From the NCBI GenBank assembly GCA_009859145.1, contig VRVR01000060.1:62001-126000 (forward strand): a stretch of DNA of 64,000 nt. Direction: 5' to 3'. Shown in pieces: positions 50,323 to 60,285 of the stretch (within the stretch, counting starts at the first letter, position 1; each line of letters begins with the position of its first letter). The notes below the pieces were generated by a model, which searched no databases, was not told the DNA's origin, and saw only the letters and a list, made by a program, of their open reading frames with translations. This DNA is from Andalucia godoyi And28 (taxonomy: Eukaryota > Protista > Jakobida). The position numbers were made by a program, and so were the translations under genes.

Positions 50323-51062
50323 CTGAGATTCCTTGAATTCGTTGCATCCCTGCTTCAGGTCTTGGAATTGAGTTGGGCACAAAGGAATCAAGTTAACTCC
50401 GTAAAGATATGCGATGTTGCCAATCCTCTAATCATCCCGTTTCCAACTCTACGATAATCTTCTTCTGTATTTCAAAATCTATCGTCATTTTTTCCCTTCC
50501 GAATTCCCGTTTTGAACTGCTGGATTCTCTTCCCAGTTTTCATCACAGTTGCTTCCAATCTTCCGGTCGGCGGAGGGATCTCTCTTTCCGAGAGATTGCT
50601 TCGATTCCTTCTTTATCATCAGATAAGAAGAGGGAAGATGAAGAAAAAAAGGCGTTCAAACAGGAATTCGGAAAGCAGAGGAACGCAAAGCACATGAAGA
50701 AGTACAGAGACCGCAGAAAATTGCTCGGTAACTGGGAGAACAGTGAAGGAAAGAGCGGCAAGTGTCAGAAAATCTGCGAACCAGAGGGAAGTGCCCTGCT
50801 GGATACAAATAGTTTCCCGGCGCAGGTGGTTATCGTTGTGGAGGAGGATCTCACTTTGTTTCGAATGGCGATTTGACGTGAAAACGAGGTTCTTGTCGTC
50901 TATTGTTCTATGCGCAGAAGATTTCACCGTGTTTGGAAACCAACACCTTCTTACAATGTTGGTCGAATCGTATCGAGGAGATCGAACGTAAAATCAAAAA
51001 ACGGAATCTGAAAATGCAGTTTGCACGAACGTATTGTTTACAGATTCCTCAAGTGATGGTCC

Positions 51063-53804
51063 TTAATCCGAAGCTTGGACCATTGCGGCTTTCGCCTCCA
51101 TCATCCGCATGATGAACAATCTTAAAATCTCATGCACCGGAGGAATGTGACGAGTGTAGACAGATCGTTCATTCGCAATGTACGCAGTCGGAGAAAGATG
51201 GTCTTTGAAATCGTGAAACCGCATGCAGTACTCGGAGACCGAAAACGAGTGCAATTCGGACTTTGCTCCGGAGCTTGTTCCTACAATTTCTTCGAGTACG
51301 GATTTCCACAATCCAGAGAAGATGCCGTGCGAGCATCCAGTGTTTCCAACAGACTTCGCAACATCTGCCTCGTACTTTGCAGTGGGGCAGTTGGGCAACG
51401 CGGACGGGATGTCCCAGATCCGCTTGTTAACAAGCAATCCTTCAATATCCGCAATCCAGTAGGGCCAAACGAACATTTGATTTCCGGACCATTTGAACAA
51501 CGTTTCAATCAAATCATCGAATGCTTTCATAAACGCATTGAAGTCTCCTCCGTCCAATGATTGCTGTGCCTTTCGGTGCACGGACATGAAAGAAGAGTAG
51601 AATCTCGACGCATACCCGTTCTTCATGAACATCTGCTGACACTCGTTCAGGAACTTGGCACGAAGATGCGCGTCGGGTAACAACCTTATAGGTTTCTCTC
51701 GCAACTCCATCGACGATCCCTCCATCTGCGCATTCGTGGGGGGTGCTTCATTCATGGATAGCTCTTGCAAGATGGTGTCCAAATCCGAAAGCGGCGTTGA
51801 TCGCACATCTTTCAAGAATGAAGACAGTTGTTCCTTGCCGAAAAGCGACGCAATCGTTGGATATGCGATTGTAAATTCTTTGGTATTTTCCGACGAGAGG
51901 TGATTCAAACATCGGTATCGAATCAGCATTTCGGCCATCATCTCCTCGAAACCCATCAGCTTCTTCACCAACGACACGTGTCCGCCCTTCTTCGGGTAGC
52001 CCATCACGACTTCCGAGTCCAGTATCATGATGCACGGAATACCAAGACGATCGCAAGCTGACTTGACAAATGCCTGCGAATGACAACCGAAACAGTCGAA
52101 AATCATCCAACGCAAGCCGTGCCACGCACCAATGGAATGCGACGGGGGGAGATTGAGCTGCGCAAAGTCACTCGACGAGAAGGACTGCAAACACGAATCC
52201 AAGGCGTGAAGAATGTTGCAATCCGAACGACCCTCGACAAGGATGACACCGCGAGCAAAGAAGAATGGAAGAATCTCCACGCGGCGGCAGAAACGATAAA
52301 ACAACACGTCCTCGACCTCGAAAATGGACCGATCGCGGCAGATGGGAACGATGCTTGTCTTTGTTTCCACGCGATTCCAACTTCCACGCCCTAGCCTGCG
52401 CGCAACGGAAAACATTCTATCGGGAAGAGACACAGTGTCCAGCATCTCCACGTGGTGTGTAACGAGAAACACTTGCACATCTCGCCGTGCTCGTTCGGAA
52501 ATGAACCGGCGCAAAACACTTCGTTCAAAGGCGCCCAGATTCTGACCTGGTTCATCCAAAAGAACAATCAAAGGATGATGATTCTCCTGTGCAACAGCAT
52601 CGCTTGAGTCAGTGCGTCGAACACCAAAGAGACCAAGCACCGTCATCAAGCAATCCTTCTGGCCTCCGGAAAATTCGGATGCCGCAAAACGCAAGTGAGC
52701 TGGTTGCTGTTGCGCCGGCGAGGGTTTCGGAGAATTGGGCTGGCCCGGAGAGGACGACGATTTCTTCTTTTGAGATGGTGAAGTAGTCGCAGCAGCCTGT
52801 GCAAACGAAACTGGACGTTTTTCCTGCGGCGCAATGGAAGGCGACTGCGGTGCATTCGCAACGACAACGGGTTTCACCTTCAAGTCGGACGGATCGCAGC
52901 GAGCAAACGACTTTCCGTCAATTGGATTGAGAACACGAATGTAAGGAGCATTCGCAGATGGCCCGGGAACGGAAGCGGAACGGGCGTAGGAAAGATGAGA
53001 AACATGTTCAAGAACTTCGAATGCTTCGACTGCGACATCAATCGCATCCGCTTTGCTTAGCGATTCCCACGTCACCAACCAGGGATGTCTGTCTCGCAAA
53101 CACATATTCGGAAAATCCACTTCGCACGGATTCTTCGATTCCGAAACACAAATTCGTGGTCGGATGTAACACGGATCGCTGCGTCCATGATCTTGAGGAA
53201 CGTACGAGAAAGAACGGCAAACGGCTGCCACAAGCGCAGACAAAGTTTCTTTTTGCTCCTTTTCATTCTGTTTCAGCGGAAGCCATTCCCGTGGAACCGA
53301 AAAAGATACAACCCACGGAGCGCCTTGGGAGGCTTCGCGGAGGACGTGGAGAATCAACGATCCCGTTTTTCCATCGGCCGTTGTTGCAGAAAACGTCAAT
53401 CCGAGCTCCACACGTCGCGCATCTATGTGTTCCTTGTCCGATGCAAAGTTGATCAGTTTTTCATTCTCTTCGTCCGACAAGGCAAACGACGCTTTCAAAC
53501 CGAATCGACCATGCGCTTTGTCTTTCACGGTTGTCACGCACTCGCTGGAATCGACGGCGGTCAACAATGCTGCATGCGTGGACCAAAGAAACTGAAGTCC
53601 AACATCGATGACGCGAAGCACGGACGTCTTGCCTTCTCCCGAAGGACCAACAAAACAGTTCACATTCGGAGACCGCACGAGAGATTCCGCACTCTGGAAC
53701 GATGTTGTGACAGCACCGACACCGAAAGAAAGCAAGTTCTTGATGTGGAGGCCTGTCAAATGGAGACCACTCAGTTGGAGGGTGCGAACTTGATCTAAGG
53801 ACAT
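51063..53804 (-). CDS. OLD-family-like ATP-dependent nuclease (ABC-type ATPase plus TOPRIM)
   Basis: GLHIKNLLSF, NCFVGPSGEGKT (Walker A), FSGGQ (signature), IVLLDEPGQNL (Walker B/D-loop), VFLVTHH (H-loop), FFARGVILVEGRSD and LGIPCIMILDSE (TOPRIM). Probable start MSLDQ at 53804; ORF track start 53909. Confidence 0.85.
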   Translation of the reverse strand: MSLDQVRTLQLSGLHLTGLHIKNLLSFGVGAVTTSFQSAESLVRSPNVNCFVGPSGEGKTSVLRVIDVGLQFLWSTHAALLTAVDSSECVTTVKDKAHGRFGLKASFALSDEENEKLINFASDKEHIDARRVELGLTFSATTADGKTGSLILHVLREASQGAPWVVSFSVPREWLPLKQNEKEQKETLSALVAAVCRSFSYVPQDHGRSDPCYIRPRICVSESKNPCEVDFPNMCLRDRHPWLVTWESLSKADAIDVAVEAFEVLEHVSHLSYARSASVPGPSANAPYIRVLNPIDGKSFARCDPSDLKVKPVVVANAPQSPSIAPQEKRPVSFAQAAATTSPSQKKKSSSSPGQPNSPKPSPAQQQPAHLRFAASEFSGGQKDCLMTVLGLFGVRRTDSSDAVAQENHHPLIVLLDEPGQNLGAFERSVLRRFISERARRDVQVFLVTHHVEMLDTVSLPDRMFSVARRLGRGSWNRVETKTSIVPICRDRSIFEVEDVLFYRFCRRVEILPFFFARGVILVEGRSDCNILHALDSCLQSFSSSDFAQLNLPPSHSIGAWHGLRWMIFDCFGCHSQAFVKSACDRLGIPCIMILDSEVVMGYPKKGGHVSLVKKLMGFEEMMAEMLIRYRCLNHLSSENTKEFTIAYPTIASLFGKEQLSSFLKDVRSTPLSDLDTILQELSMNEAPPTNAQMEGSSMELREKPIRLLPDAHLRAKFLNECQQMFMKNGYASRFYSSFMSVHRKAQQSLDGGDFNAFMKAFDDLIETLFKWSGNQMFVWPYWIADIEGLLVNKRIWDIPSALPNCPTAKYEADVAKSVGNTGCSHGIFSGLWKSVLEEIVGTSSGAKSELHSFSVSEYCMRFHDFKDHLSPTAYIANERSVYTRHIPPVHEILRLFIMRMMEAKAAMVQASD

Positions 53805-54015
53805 TGTTGGTGATCGAAGTCCGTGCTCAGTACTGTGTTGCGCAGTGTTTGACTCGACGAACCATTCGGCGCAATATACGTGACTGCTGACGGAAAGAAA
53901 GAGTGTCAAGGAAAGCCATTTGAGGCAATGCGAATTCGTATTCGGAGGCTGACTTCTGCAGCGTCAGAAACTGACAGAAAGCAGTCCCATCGGATGTTGC
54001 CCTCATTTTGGTTTT

Positions 54016-54030
54016 GTTTTCCGCCATTTT
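54016..54030 (+). promoter_or_regulatory. Conserved motif GTTTTCC(G/A)C(C/A) about 70 bp upstream of the WD40-kinase start codons
   Basis: Similar motif at similar distance upstream of K1 (about 27380-27392, minus), K3 (about 36086-36098, minus) and K4 (46855-46866) in otherwise diverged leaders. Confidence 0.35.
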
Positions 54031-54085
54031 CTGCATCCTGTCTTTCATTGTTTTCTGAAAGATCATACCCTCCACCACTTTCGCA

Positions 54086-56956
54086 ATGAAGGAACAGCGA
54101 TTGTCTGATGTTCTTCAGGCACTGAAGAAGAAATGTCTGTTTCCAACTGTTGGCAATGTCAACGGCAGCCAAGAATGGGAGAGTGCGACTCATCGGTATG
54201 TCGCAAATGAGAACAACGAACTTTTTGTGTTCCGTGGACTTGATAGCGATTTCGAGTGCATCCAGGCATTGAGTGGACATTCGGATGCTGTTCAGAGTGT
54301 CGCATTCTCTCCCGACGGCAAGCGCATTGCATCGGGATCGTACGACAACACGGTGAAAGTGTGGCAAGATGGCCAGTGCATCCAGACGCTGAGTGGACAT
54401 TCGAGCTATGTTAATGGTGTTGCATTCTCGCCGGACGGAAAGCGCATTGCATCGGCATCGAGTGACAGCACGGTGAAAGTGTGGGAAGATGGCCAGTGCA
54501 TCCAGACGCTGAGTGGACATTCGAGCTATGTTAATGGTGTTGCATTCTCGCCGGACGGCAAGCGCATTGCATCTGCATCGGACGACAACACGGTGAAAGT
54601 GTGGCAAGATGGCCAGTGCATCCAGACGCTGAGTGGACATTCGGACTCTGTTAATGGTGTTGCATTCTCGCCGGATGACAAGCGCATTGCATCTGCATCG
54701 GACGACTGCACGGTGAAAGTGTGGCAAGATGGCCAGTGCATCCAGACGCTGAGTGGACATTCGGACTCTGTTAATCGTGTTGCATTCTCGCCGGACGGAA
54801 AGCGCATTGCATCGGCATCTGATGACAAGACGGTGAAAGTGTGGCAAAATGGTCAGTGCATTCAGACGCTGAGTGGTCATTCGGACACTGTTTTTGGTGT
54901 CGCATTCTCGCCGGACGGCAAGCGCATTGTATCGGGATCTGATGACAAGACGGTGAAAGTGTGGCAGGATGGCCAGTGCATCAAGACGCTGACTGGGCAT
55001 TCGGAGCGTGTTTGGGACGTTGCATTCTCGCCAGACGGCAAGCGCATCGCATCGGCGTCGAGTGACCAGACGGTGAAATTATGGCAAGACGGCAAGTGCA
55101 TCCAGACGCTGAGTGGACATACAGCCGCCGTTATTGGTGTTGCATTCTCGCCCGATGGCAAGCGTATTGCATCGGGATCGATTGACAACACGGTGAAAGT
55201 GTGGAGTCTTCCTGAGAAACTGCAATACAAGATAACTTCCCCGTCTCCTGCCATCGCTCTTGCAGTCTCCGACGATTCCGATCATTTTGCCACTGTTCAT
55301 GAAAACGGAGAGCTCAACATTTGGCAGCGCGATCAGTGTGTCAACACTGTCAACTTGAATTTGCCAGACGTCCAATGGATGTCGTTCTACACGGACTCCA
55401 TCATCATGGGCGAGCAAGCAAATGGGAAAGCATTCATCATTGAGAACGGCCAGTTGGTGTGGAATGATGTTGCCAAGGGAAAGACATTCACGGAATCAAC
55501 GCTGCTTGCGATCAAGTCCGACTCTGATACTCAATGCGTCTTTGGCGAAGGCGCGAGCTCAGTGCGTGATGTTGAAACAACCTTCCGGCAACTCGTAAAG
55601 AAGGAGCAAGAAGCGCTGACTAACCTTCAGAAAACTGCCCAATCAAAGGTTGCCGAAGCAGAAGCAAACGTTCATCGATTAGCGGAGAACGAACGAGAAA
55701 CTCTTGCGAACCTGGAAAAGACTGTCCAATCAAAAGTGGCCGAAGCAGAGGCGCTTTCCAAATCGCTTCGTTCGTACATCTCGTCGCTCGAGTCCACAAT
55801 CGATCGCCTCCGATTTGATCTGGAGTTCTCGGTTTCGAAGCTGGACACACGCGGATCTGCAGAAACGATTCAGGCCTCGCTGTCGAGTCTCCATGAATCG
55901 CAGGAGGCTTCTTTGAAAGAACTGAAGCAGTCGCTAAAACCGATAGCAGTGGACCAAACGTTTTCAGTCGACTCTCTGCAAGTCAGCGAGATGCTTGCAT
56001 ACGGAGGTCAGGGAGTGGTACACCAGTGTGTTGTTGAGAGCCGCGATGCAGCTTTCAAAGAACCGGTGTTCCGACCGATTGTGAAGGCGAACGGATCTGT
56101 GATTCCGGGATTGGAACCCCGTCGTCAAGCTGCGTTTGAATCTCTGCGAAATGAGTACGAAGCGCTTCGCGCCCTCTCGAGTCCAAATGTGGTGCATCCG
56201 ATCGGACTTGTGGTGCAGCCCGGAACGAATGATGTCGCTGGCGTGCTACTGCAGTTGTGTCCATTGGGCGATCTTTCGACGTTCAGCAAGCGTCTTCTTG
56301 AGGAAGACAAACGATCAGAGAGTGTTCTCTTTCGCATTGCGCTGCAAGTGGCGCTGGGATTGTCTGCCGTGCGTTCTGCAGGATTTGTACATCGCGACGT
56401 CAAGGCGTGCAATTTTCTCGTTTGTCGTGATGAGAACGGCAAGGAGATCGTGAAGGTTGGCGATCTCGGGACTGCCGATTTCTCAGAGTACAATCAGAAA
56501 CACACGATCCCGATCGGCGTGACGGGGGAGTTTCGACCGACGTCGCGGTACGCATCGCCGGAGTATTTTGGCAGCAAGACCGTGCGAATGAAGTACCAGC
56601 AATCGGTGTCGCATGATTTGTGGGGATACGGCCATGTGTTGTACGAGTGTGCGACGGGGAAGACTCCATTCTACGAGGAAGAAGACGACCGCGATGCCGA
56701 GCACCGAGTCCGCGACGGGGACAAGCCAACGTGGCCTTCCGATTCGAACGTCCCTGAGTGGCTGAAGACGTTGTGTGGGAAGTGCTGGACAACGTCTGCA
56801 GAAGAGCGTCTCGCAGCGTTTCCGCAGGAGTTCCAGACAATTGTGCTCGACCTGTGTCGGCTGAACCCCGAGGAGGCAAAGTCGCTGCTCGTGGATCTGG
56901 CGCGGTTCGAACGCGCGGAGATGCGGAATATGTATGTGACGGCGGACGTTCGGTAA
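54086..56956 (+). CDS. WD40 (8 repeats) - coiled coil (extra 29 aa) - kinase, copy K5 (956 aa)
   Basis: Kinase half lies in the IR arm and translates identically to K1; WD array and N-terminus differ. Confidence 0.95.
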   Translation: MKEQRLSDVLQALKKKCLFPTVGNVNGSQEWESATHRYVANENNELFVFRGLDSDFECIQALSGHSDAVQSVAFSPDGKRIASGSYDNTVKVWQDGQCIQTLSGHSSYVNGVAFSPDGKRIASASSDSTVKVWEDGQCIQTLSGHSSYVNGVAFSPDGKRIASASDDNTVKVWQDGQCIQTLSGHSDSVNGVAFSPDDKRIASASDDCTVKVWQDGQCIQTLSGHSDSVNRVAFSPDGKRIASASDDKTVKVWQNGQCIQTLSGHSDTVFGVAFSPDGKRIVSGSDDKTVKVWQDGQCIKTLTGHSERVWDVAFSPDGKRIASASSDQTVKLWQDGKCIQTLSGHTAAVIGVAFSPDGKRIASGSIDNTVKVWSLPEKLQYKITSPSPAIALAVSDDSDHFATVHENGELNIWQRDQCVNTVNLNLPDVQWMSFYTDSIIMGEQANGKAFIIENGQLVWNDVAKGKTFTESTLLAIKSDSDTQCVFGEGASSVRDVETTFRQLVKKEQEALTNLQKTAQSKVAEAEANVHRLAENERETLANLEKTVQSKVAEAEALSKSLRSYISSLESTIDRLRFDLEFSVSKLDTRGSAETIQASLSSLHESQEASLKELKQSLKPIAVDQTFSVDSLQVSEMLAYGGQGVVHQCVVESRDAAFKEPVFRPIVKANGSVIPGLEPRRQAAFESLRNEYEALRALSSPNVVHPIGLVVQPGTNDVAGVLLQLCPLGDLSTFSKRLLEEDKRSESVLFRIALQVALGLSAVRSAGFVHRDVKACNFLVCRDENGKEIVKVGDLGTADFSEYNQKHTIPIGVTGEFRPTSRYASPEYFGSKTVRMKYQQSVSHDLWGYGHVLYECATGKTPFYEEEDDRDAEHRVRDGDKPTWPSDSNVPEWLKTLCGKCWTTSAEERLAAFPQEFQTIVLDLCRLNPEEAKSLLVDLARFERAEMRNMYVTADVR
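54254..55213 (+). repeat. 8 x 120-bp coding tandem repeat (WD40 array of K5)
   Basis: 120-bp periodicity visible directly in the DNA. Confidence 0.95.
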
Positions 56957-58532
56957 AATGGAAACGGATTGATTTGCTCCCATCGCTCCCTTTTTTTCAA
57001 TCAACTTTTCCAATTCTTTGAATCTTTTCAATGTTTGGTTCATCCATCTTCATCTGGAAACGGAAAGTCCTGCCTCACAAACAGCTACTTCCCTTGCGCA
57101 TTGCTGACCAACGGCTCCACACGCTATCAAGGAACGAAAAAACAACTGACCACTCCGCAACGAAAGTGGCAGCATCTTTTGCCAGAACTTTTCAAACAAT
57201 AAAAAGAGCATCAAGAAGAAGTCCTTTTCTCTCGATGCAAAACCGTCAATTGACAACAATACCGATCCCCCACGTTTTCCATAACGATCCGCCTGTTGCG
57301 GGAAGCGTGGAGGACAACGCTCCCGCTACCAACATCTCCGCTGATTGCGTCTCCATTCATGAAGAGAACGAGGACGCGGCACCCTTGTACCGAGAATTGG
57401 TTCGTATCGGAGCCGACTTCGATGACCCCGTCGCAGCTACGGAGTTCCCTCGTGATTGATCGAGGCAAAAGCCCACGGCGAACAATTGTATCCCGCAAGG
57501 TTTGAGACCGGCAGCCGTTCGAAAACACAGGAAAGAAAACACAGCAAGAAATCCTCGAACTTCCGGCGCTCTGCTGCGAGAGCGGAGGAAGCACTCACTA
57601 TCTCGACGTGTCTGTGAGAATGACGAACGACCGGGTTTCGTAACTGGCAAATAAACGAAGCAAACATTCCTGGATGTCGCGATGATGGGTTTTTCCCATC
57701 TTTCGTACGAACTGGGTTGGAAAAGAGATAGTCGCCACTTGTCAACGCAATTCTCGTTTCGAAAGGAAAAACTGGTCCTACAGAGCGGATACTTTCCGGC
57801 TCGGATCCATCAACCCCCATCAACCTCCGTCGCGAAAAAAACCCAGAAAGTTTTTTCTCCGTTCTGGCTGGGATCGTAGCAAGCTCAAATTTTGCTATCC
57901 TGTAGCGACTTTCACTGGATAGTCTTCAATTGAAATCGAGATGCACTGATCTGCGAGTTTCTTGTTGGAGGCCGGGGCTGCAAGTCAGCGTCTGTCGCGA
58001 CCGGTCGTTCGTGCGGCTCTGAGCATTAGGAACGCGCTGTTGCGTCGTTGCCACGGTGACCGTGGCGACTGCGAAGTGCTCAAGGTCCATAGCGCATCGA
58101 GGAATTCTCAATAGAGAACAGAGGGTAGCGAACAATCCGCAACTGGAGACGAGCAGTGGTCCCTCTGCGTGTCTTCGGAAAGCGTCGTTGCTGTTTTGAT
58201 TTGCGGAGACGCGAATGCAGATTCGTCTTCGGCTCGTTCCTGCGGCCTGCTTGTCATGCACGCTCACTGTCATGTTAAAACCTTGTTGTTCGTCTTCTTT
58301 AGACACGCTCTGCGCTGTTCGTTGGCTCCATTCGATAATCAAGAAGCGTTTTTCAAGAGAGACGGTTCGCTCTTTTAATGGAACCGATCGTTCTTCTACT
58401 ATTCAACGCTCCATCGTTCGCCACCGTTGATTTGCTTCGTGCCGCCGTCTCGTGTGGGTTTTTTTGCTTCAGAAAGGGAATTGATGTGCGTTGACGCATT
58501 TGCTTTCGCGAAGCAAAAACCAAAAAACCCAG

Positions 58533-59228
58533 ATGGCGTTTCCTGCGGTGCGCTCCGGAAGAACGATAGCAACAATCCCAAACAAATCCTTCTGTCTCAT
58601 GACGTCAAACGCAACAACATCTGATTTCGGCTTTATGCTTGATTCGACCGGCCAGCGCGTTCCTCGTCCCGAGGAGTTTGCGATTGTCGAGCGCATGGCG
58701 TCATTGGCTGTGAATGGTCTCACTGTCGAAGATATTGCGGACGCCACACAGGACTGGGACGAGCTGCTGCATCTTGCGACGCCCCGACATGGCTGGAATG
58801 CTCGCAGTGTTCGGATGGTCTTGGAGTCGTACCAGCGGCACGTTGCAGCAGACCGTGGTGTTGCTGAGGACGGGGATGCGGAACCGATGCACGACGACGA
58901 CGACGATGGGGACGACGACGGGGACAGCGATGACAGCGATCTCTCTTCGACGAGTGACGGCTCCGAGTACCAGCAGGAGACGGACGAAGGCGAAATTGCG
59001 GAGGACGACACGGACGAGGAAGTCGATGAACAGAACCTGATTGTCGACGAGCTCTTTTCACAGCTCCGGGCGCGGTTGGTCAGCCGGGATGACGTTGTGG
59101 CTGTTCGCGCCATGTGCACGGAGTTGCTCGAGTTGTTGCGCGAAGCAGGCGCACGCGATGGTCGAGATTACGAAAGACGTCGTTGCAGGGCCCTCGGACA
59201 GCAACTTTTGCGTTACATGGATATCTAA
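58533..59228 (+). CDS. Stand-alone recombinase DNA-binding-domain protein (IR copy of 22383-23078)
   Basis: Identical translation to the left-arm copy. Confidence 0.75.
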   Translation: MAFPAVRSGRTIATIPNKSFCLMTSNATTSDFGFMLDSTGQRVPRPEEFAIVERMASLAVNGLTVEDIADATQDWDELLHLATPRHGWNARSVRMVLESYQRHVAADRGVAEDGDAEPMHDDDDDGDDDGDSDDSDLSSTSDGSEYQQETDEGEIAEDDTDEEVDEQNLIVDELFSQLRARLVSRDDVVAVRAMCTELLELLREAGARDGRDYERRRCRALGQQLLRYMDI

Positions 59229-59453
59229 TGTAAACTCTTTCCAACTGCGAATTAAAAATGCTTGCATGTTGTCGTTATGCGCAGAAATGCCTTTTTTTCT
59301 GGGCAGACGTGAGACGCCAGGTGTCTGCTACTGCGGACGCACCTACGTTGCTGAAGGAATGACACACCTCCATCCGCGTTCTTTGGCGAGTGCCTTTTCA
59401 TCTCTGCTGCTTTGCTCCCTGGCTGTTGATGCTGGGAATGTGCGTTCCGCAAG

Positions 59454-59999
59454 ATGCGCGTGGGAGATATTTCCTCGTGTTGCGAAATGAAAATGAAAAG
59501 GCGAATTCTGCAGAGATGGGAACGTTCATTCCTTTGTGTTCCAAATGACGTTGCAGTAAAGAGAGTGAGAGCTTATCTGATTGTCGTACGTTTTTACTGC
59601 GTGTTCGATGTTTTTTGCAGTCCCTGTCTTTCAACCGGCTCGTCGGTTCTTCCAGCGCTTCCTGACGACACCAAGATTGCAATTCTGGACATAACAGTGT
59701 CATTCCGTCAAGCTGAGAAGGAATCCAGCGGGCCAGAAGAACTTGGCATCGACACGACAACCAGCGTGGACCAACAGCGTTTCAACGTGTGTCGCCAGCG
59801 CATGGCACTCCTCGACAAACTGTTTGAAAAGAACAAAGCTGCACCGGCATCCCGCAAACAGCAGACAGAGGCTGGATCGAATCCACTTGCACAAGCGATC
59901 ATGCAAATGATCCCCCGGCACAAGACATTCGCTCTCCTCCAAACATGTCTTGTACGGAGACCGCTGACAGCCAGTTGTCTTCTTGAAGACGCTGTCTAG
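59454..59999 (+). CDS. Hypothetical protein (IR copy of 21612-22157)
   Basis: Identical translation to the left-arm copy. Confidence 0.3.
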   Translation: MRVGDISSCCEMKMKRRILQRWERSFLCVPNDVAVKRVRAYLIVVRFYCVFDVFCSPCLSTGSSVLPALPDDTKIAILDITVSFRQAEKESSGPEELGIDTTTSVDQQRFNVCRQRMALLDKLFEKNKAAPASRKQQTEAGSNPLAQAIMQMIPRHKTFALLQTCLVRRPLTASCLLEDAV

Positions 60000-60285
60000 A
60001 ATGGTATTCAGCCGTTCGAACGAGAGCACCGGGATTTGCGAACGGGTTTCGGCAACCGCACACAGAGAGCGCTGGAGAAGGTGCAGTTCTTTCGCATGCG
60101 CTGCGGTTCTCGAATCCAAAACGGCGGTCATTTCTTAATTGTGCGTTCGGTACGGCGAACGAACGGGAGCAGAACACTCCAGGGTTTTTTTTTCTTCGGT
60201 CAGCAAGCAAGATTGTGTTTTCGACTTTGTTGGATTGCAAGTTTCCGACGGGGTGTAGGAATGTGAATGCGGCTTCCTTTTTTCG

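Noticed and set aside
50409-50876. bZIP-like basic region (KQRNAKHMKKYRDRRK)
   Set aside because: No leucine zipper follows and the surrounding ORF looks non-coding.
24655-56956. Classical NLR (HET-E-like NACHT-WD40) genes
   Set aside because: No P-loop NACHT or NB-ARC domain lies between the repeats and the kinase; only the repeat behaviour is similar.
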